This document shows, in pieces, positions 18,812 to 28,648 of a stretch of DNA of 64,000 bases; position 1 is the stretch's first letter; every line of letters begins with the position of its first letter. A program made the position numbers and the translations under genes. The notes under the pieces were generated by a model. It did no database searches, had not been told where the DNA came from, and was given only the letters and a program-made list of their open reading frames with translations. The DNA is from Phycisphaeraceae bacterium (GTDB lineage Bacteria > Planctomycetota > Phycisphaerae > Phycisphaerales > Phycisphaeraceae): contig OY771506.1 in NCBI GenBank assembly GCA_963674705.1, forward strand, positions 2,688,001-2,752,000. Reading direction: 5' to 3'.

Positions 18812-21016
18812 TCAATCGCAATTCAGTTGGCCCGTGAGGCTGCTACGGCACCTTGTCCAGGCGATCGCCATCGCGACATCGGTCTGCCACTTCCACGTGG
18901 TGTAGGCTTTGAAAGAAAATTCCAGGTTCTGCTTGAGTTCCGGCCGGTTCTCGGTTGAACGTATGGAGGCCTGCTTCGCCAGGGCGACAAGATCAACTTC
19001 CTTCGCTGAGAGCAGCAGCGTGGCAAGATAAGCATTAGGCAGCAATCTTGACCAGTCGAGGATGAAGTGTTCAGCCATCAGCATGCCCGGTTCATCGAAC
19101 TCATCAACTCGGCGGGATGTCGTGAGTAAGCCCGGCAGCATGTAAGGATTATCCGGCAAGGCCTCTGCCACCTCGGGCCAATGCATATTCACCGCCAGAT
19201 CAAGATCGATCCGGTTGGGAGGCGAGAAGTGGTGCTCTGTTCTGGCTTGCTCGATAAGTTTGCGGCGGACCTTTTCCTGTCTTTCGGCCGGCCATGTGCG
19301 TAACACCTGATACTCTGGGACGTCGTCATCCGATTCGGTATTTTGAACCTGGCCGCGTTGGAAACAGGACTCGTACCGGATCGCGGTGGGGTCTCCCAGC
19401 TTTGCTCGCTGCTCGGTGTTTGCAATCCCACCATACGAATCGACGAACACATACTTCGCGACTTCGGGGAACTTATGCCGGTAACGCCATACGATACCCA
19501 CGAGTGCGTCATCGATATTTTCGTAGCCTTCGACTTGCGACATCAGTTGTTGAACCGCTTTGTCCGCGCCCGGATCATTTGCATCGAGAAGGATGGTCAC
19601 CGCGGTAGGTGAGGTATAGGATTCCTTCATTTCCTGTTTGGCAAGGCCAACCCATTCGTCTTGCGAACACCAGGAATCGATAGCGGGATCGTAGTATCTC
19701 GGTTGGTGGTAGTACTGGAGTGTGCTGGTACTATTCTTGAGTGTCGCAAGTACATCAGACACAAACTGATCCATGGTTTGGATGCGTTCAGGTGTCGGGT
19801 CCACCAATAGCGATGTACTTCGTGTAGCATCCGGTGGGTAGGGGCGCAGCGATACTTCTGCTGGGGCGGTGGCGGGAGTAAGGTCTTCGCTCAGTCGACT
19901 CACACAGGATTCGGCGAAGTCCGGGTGGTCGGTAAAGATGGCTCGCAGCGCCTGGTCCGGCGTGTTTTTCTTCAAGGCATCGGTGAGTGTCCTGCCGGGA
20001 TCAAATGCTACTTCTTGATAGACATCACCTAGCCATGTTGTTTTTGCATCATGGGAGAACGGCAATCCTTTGAAGTTGTCGCATGACCAGTTGCGGTCGA
20101 TCGCCGCGGTCCAGATGGCGTTCAGAACGCGCGTGCGTGCGTCATCAAGCCGTTGGTATTGTTCGGCGAGACTATCTGCGGCCTGATCGATGCCGTGCTC
20201 TGATATCTGTTTCGCAACTTCGCGCGACTTTGCAGCAACCGCAAAGCTATCGTATCTATCCGTGAAGTTGATCTGTAACTCCCCCGGCTTAACCATATCG
20301 ATCCATGCGTCGTGTCCGGGCAGTAACTGATCGAGCTTGAGCAGTACCTGCTCAATTCGGCCTTGTTTTTTGGGTCTATTCCTGAATGTCTCGAGATCAT
20401 CAGCTTCGGCCAGCAGGTCAAGTTCTCTGCATGCAACAAGGGCTCTCGCTGCCTGGGCGATGCTTTGTGTTTCGTCGTCACATTCATCGGACGCTGCATC
20501 GTTTCTTGTTTGGAGGTCAACATCCAGGGGCCGTTCGTTCTCGGGTGGTAACGGCATGCCGAGGTAACGATTCATGCGCTTTACGGATGGGCCCTTACCC
20601 ACGAAGTGATACTTCATCAATTCGATCAGGCTTTCCCGTACATCACTTTTTTGTTGAACGATCCTTGTGAGTGCCATGCCGACTTGGATCGTTGAGCTTA
20701 AGCCGCCTTTTGCTTCCCAGTGCCAGTCGCCGCTGGGGCATCGGTTCACGCGGATATTCTTTTCCGCCAAGTGATGGCGTACAGCATGGATGACCTGGCC
20801 GCGTACGCGATCGATGGTTTCGAATTCAGCGATCAGATCGCACTGCGGTTCAGGGCCTTCGGGGCCGCACACAATAGTCGAGAACACCTCGCCGGGTAAG
20901 ACCCAGAAAACGTCGCAGCCGTCAGAAAAGCCTATACCAACGCCCATTTGCGTGTCATGTACTTCCAATCCATGGGTTTTTGCATAGCCAAGCAGTTCTG
21001 TTTTCCAATCGTTCAT
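18812..21016 (-). CDS. large hypothetical protein (~734 aa)
   Basis: Long open frame; GGAGGA SD before ATG 21016 (MNDWKTELL); no recognised domain. Confidence 0.65.
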   Translation of the reverse strand: MNDWKTELLGYAKTHGLEVHDTQMGVGIGFSDGCDVFWVLPGEVFSTIVCGPEGPEPQCDLIAEFETIDRVRGQVIHAVRHHLAEKNIRVNRCPSGDWHWEAKGGLSSTIQVGMALTRIVQQKSDVRESLIELMKYHFVGKGPSVKRMNRYLGMPLPPENERPLDVDLQTRNDAASDECDDETQSIAQAARALVACRELDLLAEADDLETFRNRPKKQGRIEQVLLKLDQLLPGHDAWIDMVKPGELQINFTDRYDSFAVAAKSREVAKQISEHGIDQAADSLAEQYQRLDDARTRVLNAIWTAAIDRNWSCDNFKGLPFSHDAKTTWLGDVYQEVAFDPGRTLTDALKKNTPDQALRAIFTDHPDFAESCVSRLSEDLTPATAPAEVSLRPYPPDATRSTSLLVDPTPERIQTMDQFVSDVLATLKNSTSTLQYYHQPRYYDPAIDSWCSQDEWVGLAKQEMKESYTSPTAVTILLDANDPGADKAVQQLMSQVEGYENIDDALVGIVWRYRHKFPEVAKYVFVDSYGGIANTEQRAKLGDPTAIRYESCFQRGQVQNTESDDDVPEYQVLRTWPAERQEKVRRKLIEQARTEHHFSPPNRIDLDLAVNMHWPEVAEALPDNPYMLPGLLTTSRRVDEFDEPGMLMAEHFILDWSRLLPNAYLATLLLSAKEVDLVALAKQASIRSTENRPELKQNLEFSFKAYTTWKWQTDVAMAIAWTRCRSSLTGQLNCD

Positions 21017-21189
21017 GTGATCCTCCGGATAGTCAATCTGATGTGCAGGCATCCAGTAATACTTGCTAATTGCTGCTGCACGAAGAGTGCGGCATCGTAA
21101 CGAGCCCGAATGATGTACGCCAGTTAAGTGCAGCAATCGACATCTAACTGCTTATTTTACAGATTTGGATTGACAGGAAGCGATTGTTG

Positions 21190-22119
21190 TCACTCAGTGC
21201 CGAGGTGATAAAGGTTCGGCACGTATCGCTGGGCGGACTTGGGTGGTCGGCGATAGTCTTCGTCCTGCTGTCGCTCAGGCAGCTTGATCGACTTCGGTGG
21301 GGCAACCTCATAAGGGATCAAACTCAGCAGGTGCCTGATGGTATTCAATCGTGCCTTGCGTTTGTCATCGGCGTCGACCACGTACCAGGGCGCGATGCTC
21401 GTGTCGGTGTACTTGAACATCTCGTCCTTGGCTTTGGAATATTCCACCCACTTGGTGCGTGACTTCAAATCCATCGGGCTGAGCTTCCAGCTCTTGGTTG
21501 GATCGTGGATACGTGCCTGGAAGCGTTTTTCCTGCTCTTCATCGCTGACCGAGAACCAGTACTTGATCAGTTGTATGCCGGACAACACGAGCATACGCTC
21601 GAACTGTGGGCAAGCGCGCAGGAATTCCTGGTATTCTTCTTCGGTGCAGAAGTTCATGACGTGTTCGACGCCGGCGCGGTTGTACCAGCTGCGGTCGAAC
21701 AACACGATCTCGCCGGCGGCGGGTAGGTTGGCGACATAGCGTTGGAAGTACCATTGTGTCTTTTCGCGTTCGGTCGGCGTGCCGAGCGCAACGACCCGGA
21801 ACGTACGCGGGCTAACCCTCTCGGTGATCCGCTTGATCACACCGCCCTTACCGGCGGCGTCACGGCCCTCAAAAAGCACGACGATTTTCAAACCCTGATC
21901 ACGTACCCATTCCTGAAGGTGGACCAGTTCTACGTGCAGTTTTTCAATTTCCTGTTCGTAGTAGTCTCGCTTAAGTTTGCCGTTGGCCTTGAGTTGCGGT
22001 GAATGGGGCTTGGGCAGATCAGCAACTACCGCCTTGCCCGCGTTTTTATTATCAGTCTTATGCTTCTTGGAGGATTTATTCTTAGACATGGTGCGTGGCC
22101 TCGATAGGGTCATCGACAC
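21190..22119 (-). CDS. ppk2: polyphosphate kinase 2
   Basis: FEGRDAAGKGG, FDRSWYNRAG, WKLSPMD; start may be ATG 22089 or 22113. Confidence 0.95.
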   Translation of the reverse strand: MSMTLSRPRTMSKNKSSKKHKTDNKNAGKAVVADLPKPHSPQLKANGKLKRDYYEQEIEKLHVELVHLQEWVRDQGLKIVVLFEGRDAAGKGGVIKRITERVSPRTFRVVALGTPTEREKTQWYFQRYVANLPAAGEIVLFDRSWYNRAGVEHVMNFCTEEEYQEFLRACPQFERMLVLSGIQLIKYWFSVSDEEQEKRFQARIHDPTKSWKLSPMDLKSRTKWVEYSKAKDEMFKYTDTSIAPWYVVDADDKRKARLNTIRHLLSLIPYEVAPPKSIKLPERQQDEDYRRPPKSAQRYVPNLYHLGTE

Positions 22120-22133
22120 AAGCCCGTGTCAGC

Positions 22134-23828
22134 TTAATCCAGGTCGCGGATGTGTTTGGCGATCCGTCGGGAGACATAATACACCCGCTTGATCTGACCG
22201 CGAACCTCGGATTCCATGCGGTAGAGTTGTGCACGTCCCGGGGCATCTGCGCCGAGACGGTTGGCGAGATGGTGGTTCAGCTCTTCCGCTTGGCTGTAAA
22301 TGTCCGCTTTCATCTGGATCACCTGCTCCGCCAACCCGACATCACAGGCCTGCAACGCATCAACTGTCTGATCCACCGCGGATTGTGTCACATCATGCAA
22401 CGACCAGAGCAGCGACTTGGTTTGCTCGGATACCACCACATTCTGTTTGTTCATGCCCGCGACCGCGGCGGCTAGATCGTCGGCTATGATCTCGGCCAGG
22501 CTGCTGAAGTGGCTGGCGATCGCGAGTAAGGCTTCACTTCTTAATCGCAATTCTTCCGGCAACTCTTTGCGGGATACTTTTGATAGGTAAGCCAACACAT
22601 GGTCATAGAGCGTGTCGACTTCCGCTCGGTTTCGGGTCAATGCTTTGGATGCTTCTACCGCGTGGCTACCGATCAGTTGCGGGGCCGCACGGAACATACG
22701 GGCGATGCGTTCGCCAAGGCGTGACAGTTCCAGGCGAGCATAGTCCAAGGCTAGTGATGGCGTATCCAACGCATCCCTATTCAAATACTTCGGTACAGCA
22801 ATCGGCGTCTCGATGCTTGGACGATCCGGGATGATCCTGGTTACCAACCACGCAAGCGGCGTGATCAGCGGGAGCACGAGCAGGGCATTGATGATGTTGA
22901 ATAACGTATGTGCGTTAGCGATCTGGCGCGGGGCTTCAGCGGCAAACCTGGCAGCGCCTTGCAGGTCCGGCTTGGTTGGTGATATGTCTCTGACGATCTC
23001 AGCAAACTGCGGGATAAACGCGATCCAGATCAACACGCCAAATACGTTGAAGAGGACATGAACAATTGCGACTTGTTTGGCGACGCGTGGTTTGCCAAAC
23101 GACGCCAGCAATGCGGTAAGGCATGTGCCGATGTTCGCCCCAAAGGCGAGTGCGATGCCCGCTTCCAACGTGATAGCGCCTTGGCCGGCAAGCACGATAA
23201 CCATCGCGGTGGTTGCGGCAGAACTCTGGATGATGGCTGTCACCATGGCGCCAATCAGTACGCCCCAGACCGGATTATCCATCCCGCTCATCAGATGGAT
23301 AAACGTCGGATGACCCCGCAGGGGATGCGTCGCCTCGGACATGAACATCATCCCCAGGAAGACAAGCCCTAATCCCAGCATCATGGTCCCGAGGCTGCGT
23401 ATCCTTACGTGGCGAGAGAGCATTTGTGTGAAGAAGCCGACCGCGATCATCATGGGCACATAACGATCGATATTGAAAGCGATAATCTGTGCGGTAAACG
23501 TCGAGCCGATGTTGGAGCCGAGGATCACTCCTATGGATTGAGACATCGATATCAGCCCGGCCGAGGCAAACCCGACCAGCAGCACGGTTGTGACGGTTGA
23601 TGATTGCGTGAGTCCGGTGATCACGACGCCTGAAACGGTGCCCATGAACCGGTTCGTCGTGAGTTTGGCCAGCATTTTTCGCAGCCCGTCACCCGCAGCG
23701 GACTTCAGGCCGTCGGTCATCACCCCCATACCGAGCAGGAATATCGCCAGCCCGCCGGCAAGGTTAATGATGATCTTGAACCAGTCCAGGCTCTGAAGCG
23801 AAGTATCAGCAAGCAGGATCGTCGGCAC
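22134..23828 (-). CDS. Na+/Pi cotransporter family protein with PhoU-like C-terminus
   Basis: Repeated QSS and G(S/A)NIG(S/T)T motifs, QIANAHTLFN, helical C-terminus. Confidence 0.9.
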   Translation of the reverse strand: MPTILLADTSLQSLDWFKIIINLAGGLAIFLLGMGVMTDGLKSAAGDGLRKMLAKLTTNRFMGTVSGVVITGLTQSSTVTTVLLVGFASAGLISMSQSIGVILGSNIGSTFTAQIIAFNIDRYVPMMIAVGFFTQMLSRHVRIRSLGTMMLGLGLVFLGMMFMSEATHPLRGHPTFIHLMSGMDNPVWGVLIGAMVTAIIQSSAATTAMVIVLAGQGAITLEAGIALAFGANIGTCLTALLASFGKPRVAKQVAIVHVLFNVFGVLIWIAFIPQFAEIVRDISPTKPDLQGAARFAAEAPRQIANAHTLFNIINALLVLPLITPLAWLVTRIIPDRPSIETPIAVPKYLNRDALDTPSLALDYARLELSRLGERIARMFRAAPQLIGSHAVEASKALTRNRAEVDTLYDHVLAYLSKVSRKELPEELRLRSEALLAIASHFSSLAEIIADDLAAAVAGMNKQNVVVSEQTKSLLWSLHDVTQSAVDQTVDALQACDVGLAEQVIQMKADIYSQAEELNHHLANRLGADAPGRAQLYRMESEVRGQIKRVYYVSRRIAKHIRDLD

Positions 23829-23942
23829 GTGCGGTCTCCATCGAAAGTGTCATATACCATTATCGGCTTGCCAAGCCGATCGCGACAGGTTTAGATATGC
23901 CCCACACTTCCGTCCAGGGCGGGCGGCACAAGGAGGTTTGGC

Positions 23943-24431
23943 ATGTCGATCCCAAGGATCGCGCCGGTTTTTACGTTTGACGTTAAAGGCCCGGCCGACG
24001 AAGTCTGTAAGCGGTTGCGCACATTAATGAATCAGGAGACAGGGGCCTATGAGGGCAGCGTGGCCGGGAACCATATCACGTTGACGATCCGCGAGGGCGA
24101 ACGCCACTTCTGGTCACCCTGGTTGCACATCGAGCTGACCGAACTGGACGATATGACGCATATCCGTGGCCGATTCACACCACACCCGAACATCTGGACA
24201 GGTTTCGCTTTCAGTTATTTTTCACTGATTACCATTGCCGTATTCGCGTTGATCTGGGGCATGAGCCAATGGATGCTGCAGCAGAGCCCGACAGCGCTGT
24301 GGGTGGGGTTGATGTGTGCCGCACTGGTAGGTTTACTTTGGTGGATGGCTCAGGTCGGGCAAAAGTTGGCGCGGGAGCAGATGCATGCGCTAAAAGACGC
24401 AGTCAGTGCGATAAATATCAGTGTTTCATAG
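23943..24431 (+). CDS. hypothetical membrane protein
   Basis: AAGGAGG SD; 162 aa with HFWSPWL segment and two C-terminal TM helices. Confidence 0.7.
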   Translation: MSIPRIAPVFTFDVKGPADEVCKRLRTLMNQETGAYEGSVAGNHITLTIREGERHFWSPWLHIELTELDDMTHIRGRFTPHPNIWTGFAFSYFSLITIAVFALIWGMSQWMLQQSPTALWVGLMCAALVGLLWWMAQVGQKLAREQMHALKDAVSAINISVS

Positions 24432-24441
24432 TTACTACGGT

Positions 24442-25148
24442 AGCGACGCGACTTGTCGCGCTACTCATCATACGGAACAGTCATCTTCCAGTACTGTCTT
24501 TTGAATCCAGCTTTGATGGGGTTCTGATCAACATAACGGATGGCGGCACGCATATGTTCTTTACCACGAATATAGGGTGCCCAGTAATTTCTTGCCCACG
24601 GCGAAGGGAATGTGCCATTGGTGCGTGGATAGTCGGCCAGTGGGTGCAGGTTCTCGCTGTTTTGTTTAGCGGTGGCTCTGGCTTTGAATTGAGCTGATAT
24701 CCGGTCAATGTCTGTCTTATCCCAACACATCAACAGGTGCACATGATCCGGCAGGATAGCCAGTGCATGGATAGCGTAGTTTTGGTTGCGTGCAACAGTA
24801 GCGGAACCATTGGCGATAGCTCTTGCCTGTTGTCCGTTGAACTTCACGGGCGGATAATGCAGTGCCTTTTTTGCTTCGCGGCGTTTTATGGAATCGTGGG
24901 GTGTGGCGGCAACAGATCGAGTTGTTTCGATCTTGGTCGCGGGGCCATATTTGAGTAAGTCGAATTGACGGATGGTGGTGGACCATAAACCGCGTGGATC
25001 GTTGGGAAGCCAGAAACCGTAGGCGCTGAAGATGAAGTGGAACCCCAGGGTCATGATCGAAGTATATGTAAATCTTCGATAACGCGACAAGTCGCGTCGC
25101 TTCGTTGGGAAGTTGAGGGGATTCCGCGAAGCTTCGCGACTTGTCGTG
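24442..25148. mobile_element. REPtron-like unit: RAYT gene flanked by inverted REPs
   Basis: AGCGACGCGACTTGTCGCG at 24442-24460 (its first two bases complete GTAG at 24440-24443), exact reverse complement at 25083-25101, variant at 25130-25148. Confidence 0.8.
24461..25054 (-). CDS. Y1 HUH transposase, REP-associated (RAYT/TnpA-REP-like)
   Basis: From ATG 25054: FSAYGFWLPNDPRG, ILPDHVHLL (HUH), W..Y..IRYVDQNP (catalytic Tyr); 197 aa. Confidence 0.85.
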   Translation of the reverse strand: MTLGFHFIFSAYGFWLPNDPRGLWSTTIRQFDLLKYGPATKIETTRSVAATPHDSIKRREAKKALHYPPVKFNGQQARAIANGSATVARNQNYAIHALAILPDHVHLLMCWDKTDIDRISAQFKARATAKQNSENLHPLADYPRTNGTFPSPWARNYWAPYIRGKEHMRAAIRYVDQNPIKAGFKRQYWKMTVPYDE

Positions 25149-25169
25149 TGTGTCGGTTTTTTTAAAAAA

Positions 25170-26408
25170 TCAATCCATATGCTTGATAATAGCATCCCCG
25201 AACTCACTGCACTTCAGCAGGGTTGCGCCTTCCATCAGGCGTTCAAAGTCATACGTCACGGTCTTGGCGCCGATCGCGCCGTCGATGCCTTTGATCACGA
25301 GGTCCGCGGCTTCGGTCCAGCCGATGTGGCGTAGCATCATTTCGCCGGAGAGGATGACGCTACCGGGATTGACCTTGTCCTGGCCAGCGTACTTAGGTGC
25401 GGTGCCGTGGGTGGCTTCGAAGATGGCGTGGCCCGAATCGTAGTTGATATTGGCGCCGGGCGCGATGCCGATACCACCGACACATGCGGCCAGTGCGTCT
25501 GAGATGTAGTCGCCGTTGAGGTTCAGTGTCGCGATCACGTCGTACTCAGCAGGGCGCGTGAGGATCTGCTGAAGCATGGCGTCGGCGATGACGTCCTTGA
25601 TCGTGATCGTCTTACCATTCTTTGGGTTCTTGAATGTACACCACGGCCCGCCATCCAGTTCCGTTGCACCAAAGTACTGCTTGGCACATTCATAGCCCCA
25701 GTCACGGAACGCGCCTTCGGTGAACTTCATGATGTTGCCTTTGTGTACGAGCGTGACCGAGTCGCGTTCGTTGTCGATGGCATACTGGATCGCGGCTTTG
25801 ACCAGGCGTGTCGTACCTTCCTTGGACACCGGCTTGATACCGAAGCCGGTCGTGTCGGGGAAGCGCACCTTCTTATAAGGCTCGGGGAACGCATCGGCGA
25901 AGAGCTTGCGGAACTTCTCGCAGTCTTCACTGCCTTGCTCGAACTCGATGCCGGCGTAGATGTCTTCGCTGTTTTCACGGAAGATGACCATGTCGGTCAG
26001 GTCAGGCCGTTTGACGGGGGAGGGCACACCCTGGAACCAGCGCACGGGACGCAGGCAGGTATACAGATCGAGGATCTGGCGCAGGGCGACGTTCAGCGAA
26101 CGGATGCCGCCACCGACGGGCGTGGTCAGAGGGCCCTTGATGCCGACGCGGTAGGTCTTGAAGGCTTCGAGCGTTTCTTCAGGCAACCAGCTACCGGTCT
26201 GGTTGAACGCTTTTTCACCGGCAAGCACTTCCATCCAGGCGATGGATTTTTCACCGCCATAAGCCTTTTCCACCGCGGCGTCGAAGACCTTCTGGCTGCC
26301 CGCCCAGATGTCCGGCCCGGTGCCGTCACCTTCGATGAAAGGGATGATCGGGTGGCTCGGAATGCTGAATTTGCCGTTGGTGAATTCAATAGGCTGGCCC
26401 TGACTCAT
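25170..26408 (-). CDS. icd: isocitrate dehydrogenase (NADP-type)
   Basis: [59 protein letters not shown] before ATG 26408. Confidence 0.96.
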   Translation of the reverse strand: MSQGQPIEFTNGKFSIPSHPIIPFIEGDGTGPDIWAGSQKVFDAAVEKAYGGEKSIAWMEVLAGEKAFNQTGSWLPEETLEAFKTYRVGIKGPLTTPVGGGIRSLNVALRQILDLYTCLRPVRWFQGVPSPVKRPDLTDMVIFRENSEDIYAGIEFEQGSEDCEKFRKLFADAFPEPYKKVRFPDTTGFGIKPVSKEGTTRLVKAAIQYAIDNERDSVTLVHKGNIMKFTEGAFRDWGYECAKQYFGATELDGGPWCTFKNPKNGKTITIKDVIADAMLQQILTRPAEYDVIATLNLNGDYISDALAACVGGIGIAPGANINYDSGHAIFEATHGTAPKYAGQDKVNPGSVILSGEMMLRHIGWTEAADLVIKGIDGAIGAKTVTYDFERLMEGATLLKCSEFGDAIIKHMD

Positions 26409-26592
26409 GCTGATTTGCTCCAATATTTGTTGTCTACTGCCCTGATCCTGCGATCCCAGTGTCAAACTGGGGTATTTTGGCATGCCTGATAAAAATCCAG
26501 GCATCAAAGGGCCGCGTAGTATAATCAATCAGGTTGATCTATTCTCGATGTGGGGTTTATTTACACTGGCCCCGGGCCGTGCGGAGAGGTGA

Positions 26593-28344
26593 ATGAAAAA
26601 GATACAACGGGCTGTTTATGGCGCGGTGGTGTTGTCTTTGACACTAGGCGGTCGTTCCGCGCTGGCGGTTCAGGAGTCCGTCGAGGTGGTCCGGGCTCTG
26701 CCAAGTCAACTCTTGGACTACCAGATCGACGGCAACGCCCTCGACGGCTCCGGCATCATCATCGCGGATCTCGATACCCAGATCGATGCGGAACATCCGG
26801 CGCTGGCTGGCAAGATCATTTCACAGGCTGATTACTCCGGGGAAGGTCTACTTGATCCGGACACATCGTTTTATGCCTATCGCAGCACAAACGGCGAACG
26901 GGTATGGCTGAATGATTTACACGCCACGGCTGTTGCCGGCGTCATGGTCAGCAACGGTTTGGATAGTAATGGCACGCAGACCGGTCACGTCGGCATCTCT
27001 CCCGGCGCATCAGTAGCGGTCGGGAAGTTTTGGGAGAGTAATCTGGATAAGAGTACTGATGGGGCGATTGAAGCGGCGTTTGATCTGACAAACGCGACCG
27101 CGAGTATCCTGTTGATCGAGGATCAGGGGATTGATACATACGCACGGGGTGATTCAAGATTCACGTTGGCGGTTGATTACCTGACTGAAACGCGAGATGT
27201 GTTGGTGGTAATTCCTACCGGGAACACCGGGCCGAACAATATCGCATTTACCATCCCGGCTGATGCGTACAACGGCCTGACCGTCGGCGCGACCGATCCG
27301 AGGACAAACCGTGTCGCTTCATTCAGTACGACAGGTCCGACCGATGATATCGGGACCGGCCGATCCAAGCCGGACCTGGTTGCCCCGGGTGTGGGGATGG
27401 TCGTGCCGTTCGGCGGTTGGGAAGACGATGACGGCCGGGATTCGAGCAGCGCCATCAATTACAAACATGCAAGCCTCCCGGCGGATGTGACGCAGTTCAT
27501 GTCACCCAACATCAGTACTGAAGATGATCTGGACCCGGATTGGGCTACGGTTTCCGGCACCAGTTTTTCCGCGCCTGTTGCTGCTGGGGCGGCGGCGTTA
27601 CTTCAGCAGTGGGGCAACTATCGGGGCATGGATACTTCCAGTCAGACGATGCGAGCGGTGATGGTGAACTCGGTGAACAAGGTGGACGGCCTGCTGGGGA
27701 TGAGTCTGACGATTGAAGATCGTGAAGGATTGAACTGGCTTTCCAGCGAGGCGTACACCGATCAGACAGTACCTCTCGATAACCAGATGGGCGCGGGGCA
27801 ACTGGACGTCTCACGGGCGTTGACGCAATACGATGCTGGAGAGCAAGGCCCCGGTGTGGTTGAAAACATCGGTTGGGATAGTCATTTTGCTTTGACCGAG
27901 GGCGATTACTTCGATTACGAATTTGAGGATTCATTGTCAGCCGGTGACTTCATAAGTGCGACGCTGGTCTGGGATCGCTCGGTGTATTTTTTAGACAACG
28001 GCATCCTTGGTTCTTATGAGTCGGAAACGGATTCCTTCTTTGGACTTCCTCTTGATAACATGGACCTTTACCTGATGCACAGCGATGACACGCTGACGGA
28101 GCAAGCGGTCTGGAGTTCGATCAGTGAGGTAGATAATCTCGAGCATATCTTCTGGCAGATCGAGCAGTCCGGGGTATACAAACTAAGAGTTGTTTTCACT
28201 GAGGACACGACCTTCTATCCCGGATTCGAAACGCTGCCGGACTTCACCTTGGCCTGGTGGGCGGGGGTACCGGAGCCGGCCAGTGGGGCGATACTGCTGT
28301 TCATGGGTCTTGGTTTGGGACGACGTGTTGGTCGAAATGAATAG
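26593..28344 (+). CDS. S8 (subtilase) serine peptidase with PEP-CTERM tail
   Basis: Signal peptide; Asp (ADLDTQID), His (HATAVAG), oxyanion Asn (PTGN), KPDLVAPG, Ser (SGTSFSAP); VPEP-TM-RR. Confidence 0.88.
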   Translation: MKKIQRAVYGAVVLSLTLGGRSALAVQESVEVVRALPSQLLDYQIDGNALDGSGIIIADLDTQIDAEHPALAGKIISQADYSGEGLLDPDTSFYAYRSTNGERVWLNDLHATAVAGVMVSNGLDSNGTQTGHVGISPGASVAVGKFWESNLDKSTDGAIEAAFDLTNATASILLIEDQGIDTYARGDSRFTLAVDYLTETRDVLVVIPTGNTGPNNIAFTIPADAYNGLTVGATDPRTNRVASFSTTGPTDDIGTGRSKPDLVAPGVGMVVPFGGWEDDDGRDSSSAINYKHASLPADVTQFMSPNISTEDDLDPDWATVSGTSFSAPVAAGAAALLQQWGNYRGMDTSSQTMRAVMVNSVNKVDGLLGMSLTIEDREGLNWLSSEAYTDQTVPLDNQMGAGQLDVSRALTQYDAGEQGPGVVENIGWDSHFALTEGDYFDYEFEDSLSAGDFISATLVWDRSVYFLDNGILGSYESETDSFFGLPLDNMDLYLMHSDDTLTEQAVWSSISEVDNLEHIFWQIEQSGVYKLRVVFTEDTTFYPGFETLPDFTLAWWAGVPEPASGAILLFMGLGLGRRVGRNE

Positions 28345-28382
28345 AAACTCATGAGATTCTGCTGGATGGCCGATCCAAAGGG

Positions 28383-28412
28383 TTGACAAGACCGCTGGGA
28401 ACCACTTACGAT
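28383..28412 (+). promoter_or_regulatory. sigma70-type promoter of the leu leader
   Basis: TTGACA (28383-28388), 18 nt, TACGAT (28407-28412). Confidence 0.6.
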
Positions 28413-28421
28413 ACGTTGCTC

Positions 28422-28505
28422 ATGAACCACCGCAATTCGCCTATTACCGCTTCCAAGTTTGTAGGGCTGCTTCTTAGCCTCAAGCTTATGGAGTGCGCCG
28501 GATAG
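28422..28505 (+). CDS. leucine attenuator leader peptide (27 aa)
   Basis: MNHRNSPITASKFVGLLLSLKLMECAG*: five Leu codons in seven positions, upstream of leuA and of a terminator/antiterminator pair. Confidence 0.85.
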   Translation: MNHRNSPITASKFVGLLLSLKLMECAG

Positions 28506-28569
28506 GGTCCTGCGAAGGTTTCAACAGACACCAACAGCCCTGTCCGGCCAACGCCGACAGGGTTTTTTT
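28497..28569 (+). terminator. attenuator: antiterminator plus intrinsic terminator
   Basis: Terminator CCCTGTC(C)GGC-CAAC-GCCGACAGGG-TTTTTTT (28538-28569); GCCGGATAGGGT (28497-28508) can pair 12/12 (two G-U) with GCCCTGTCCGGC (28537-28548). Confidence 0.88.
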
Positions 28570-28648
28570 GTTTAGAAAGCCACTAACCATTAACCACTAG
28601 CCTTTAGATTATTCACAGCCGCTTGCGGCTTAGCGACGGAGCACAACC

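Noticed and set aside
25055..25207. N-terminal extension of the transposase in the ORF track
   Set aside because: Runs through the REPs and the icd 3' end; family similarity begins at ATG 25054
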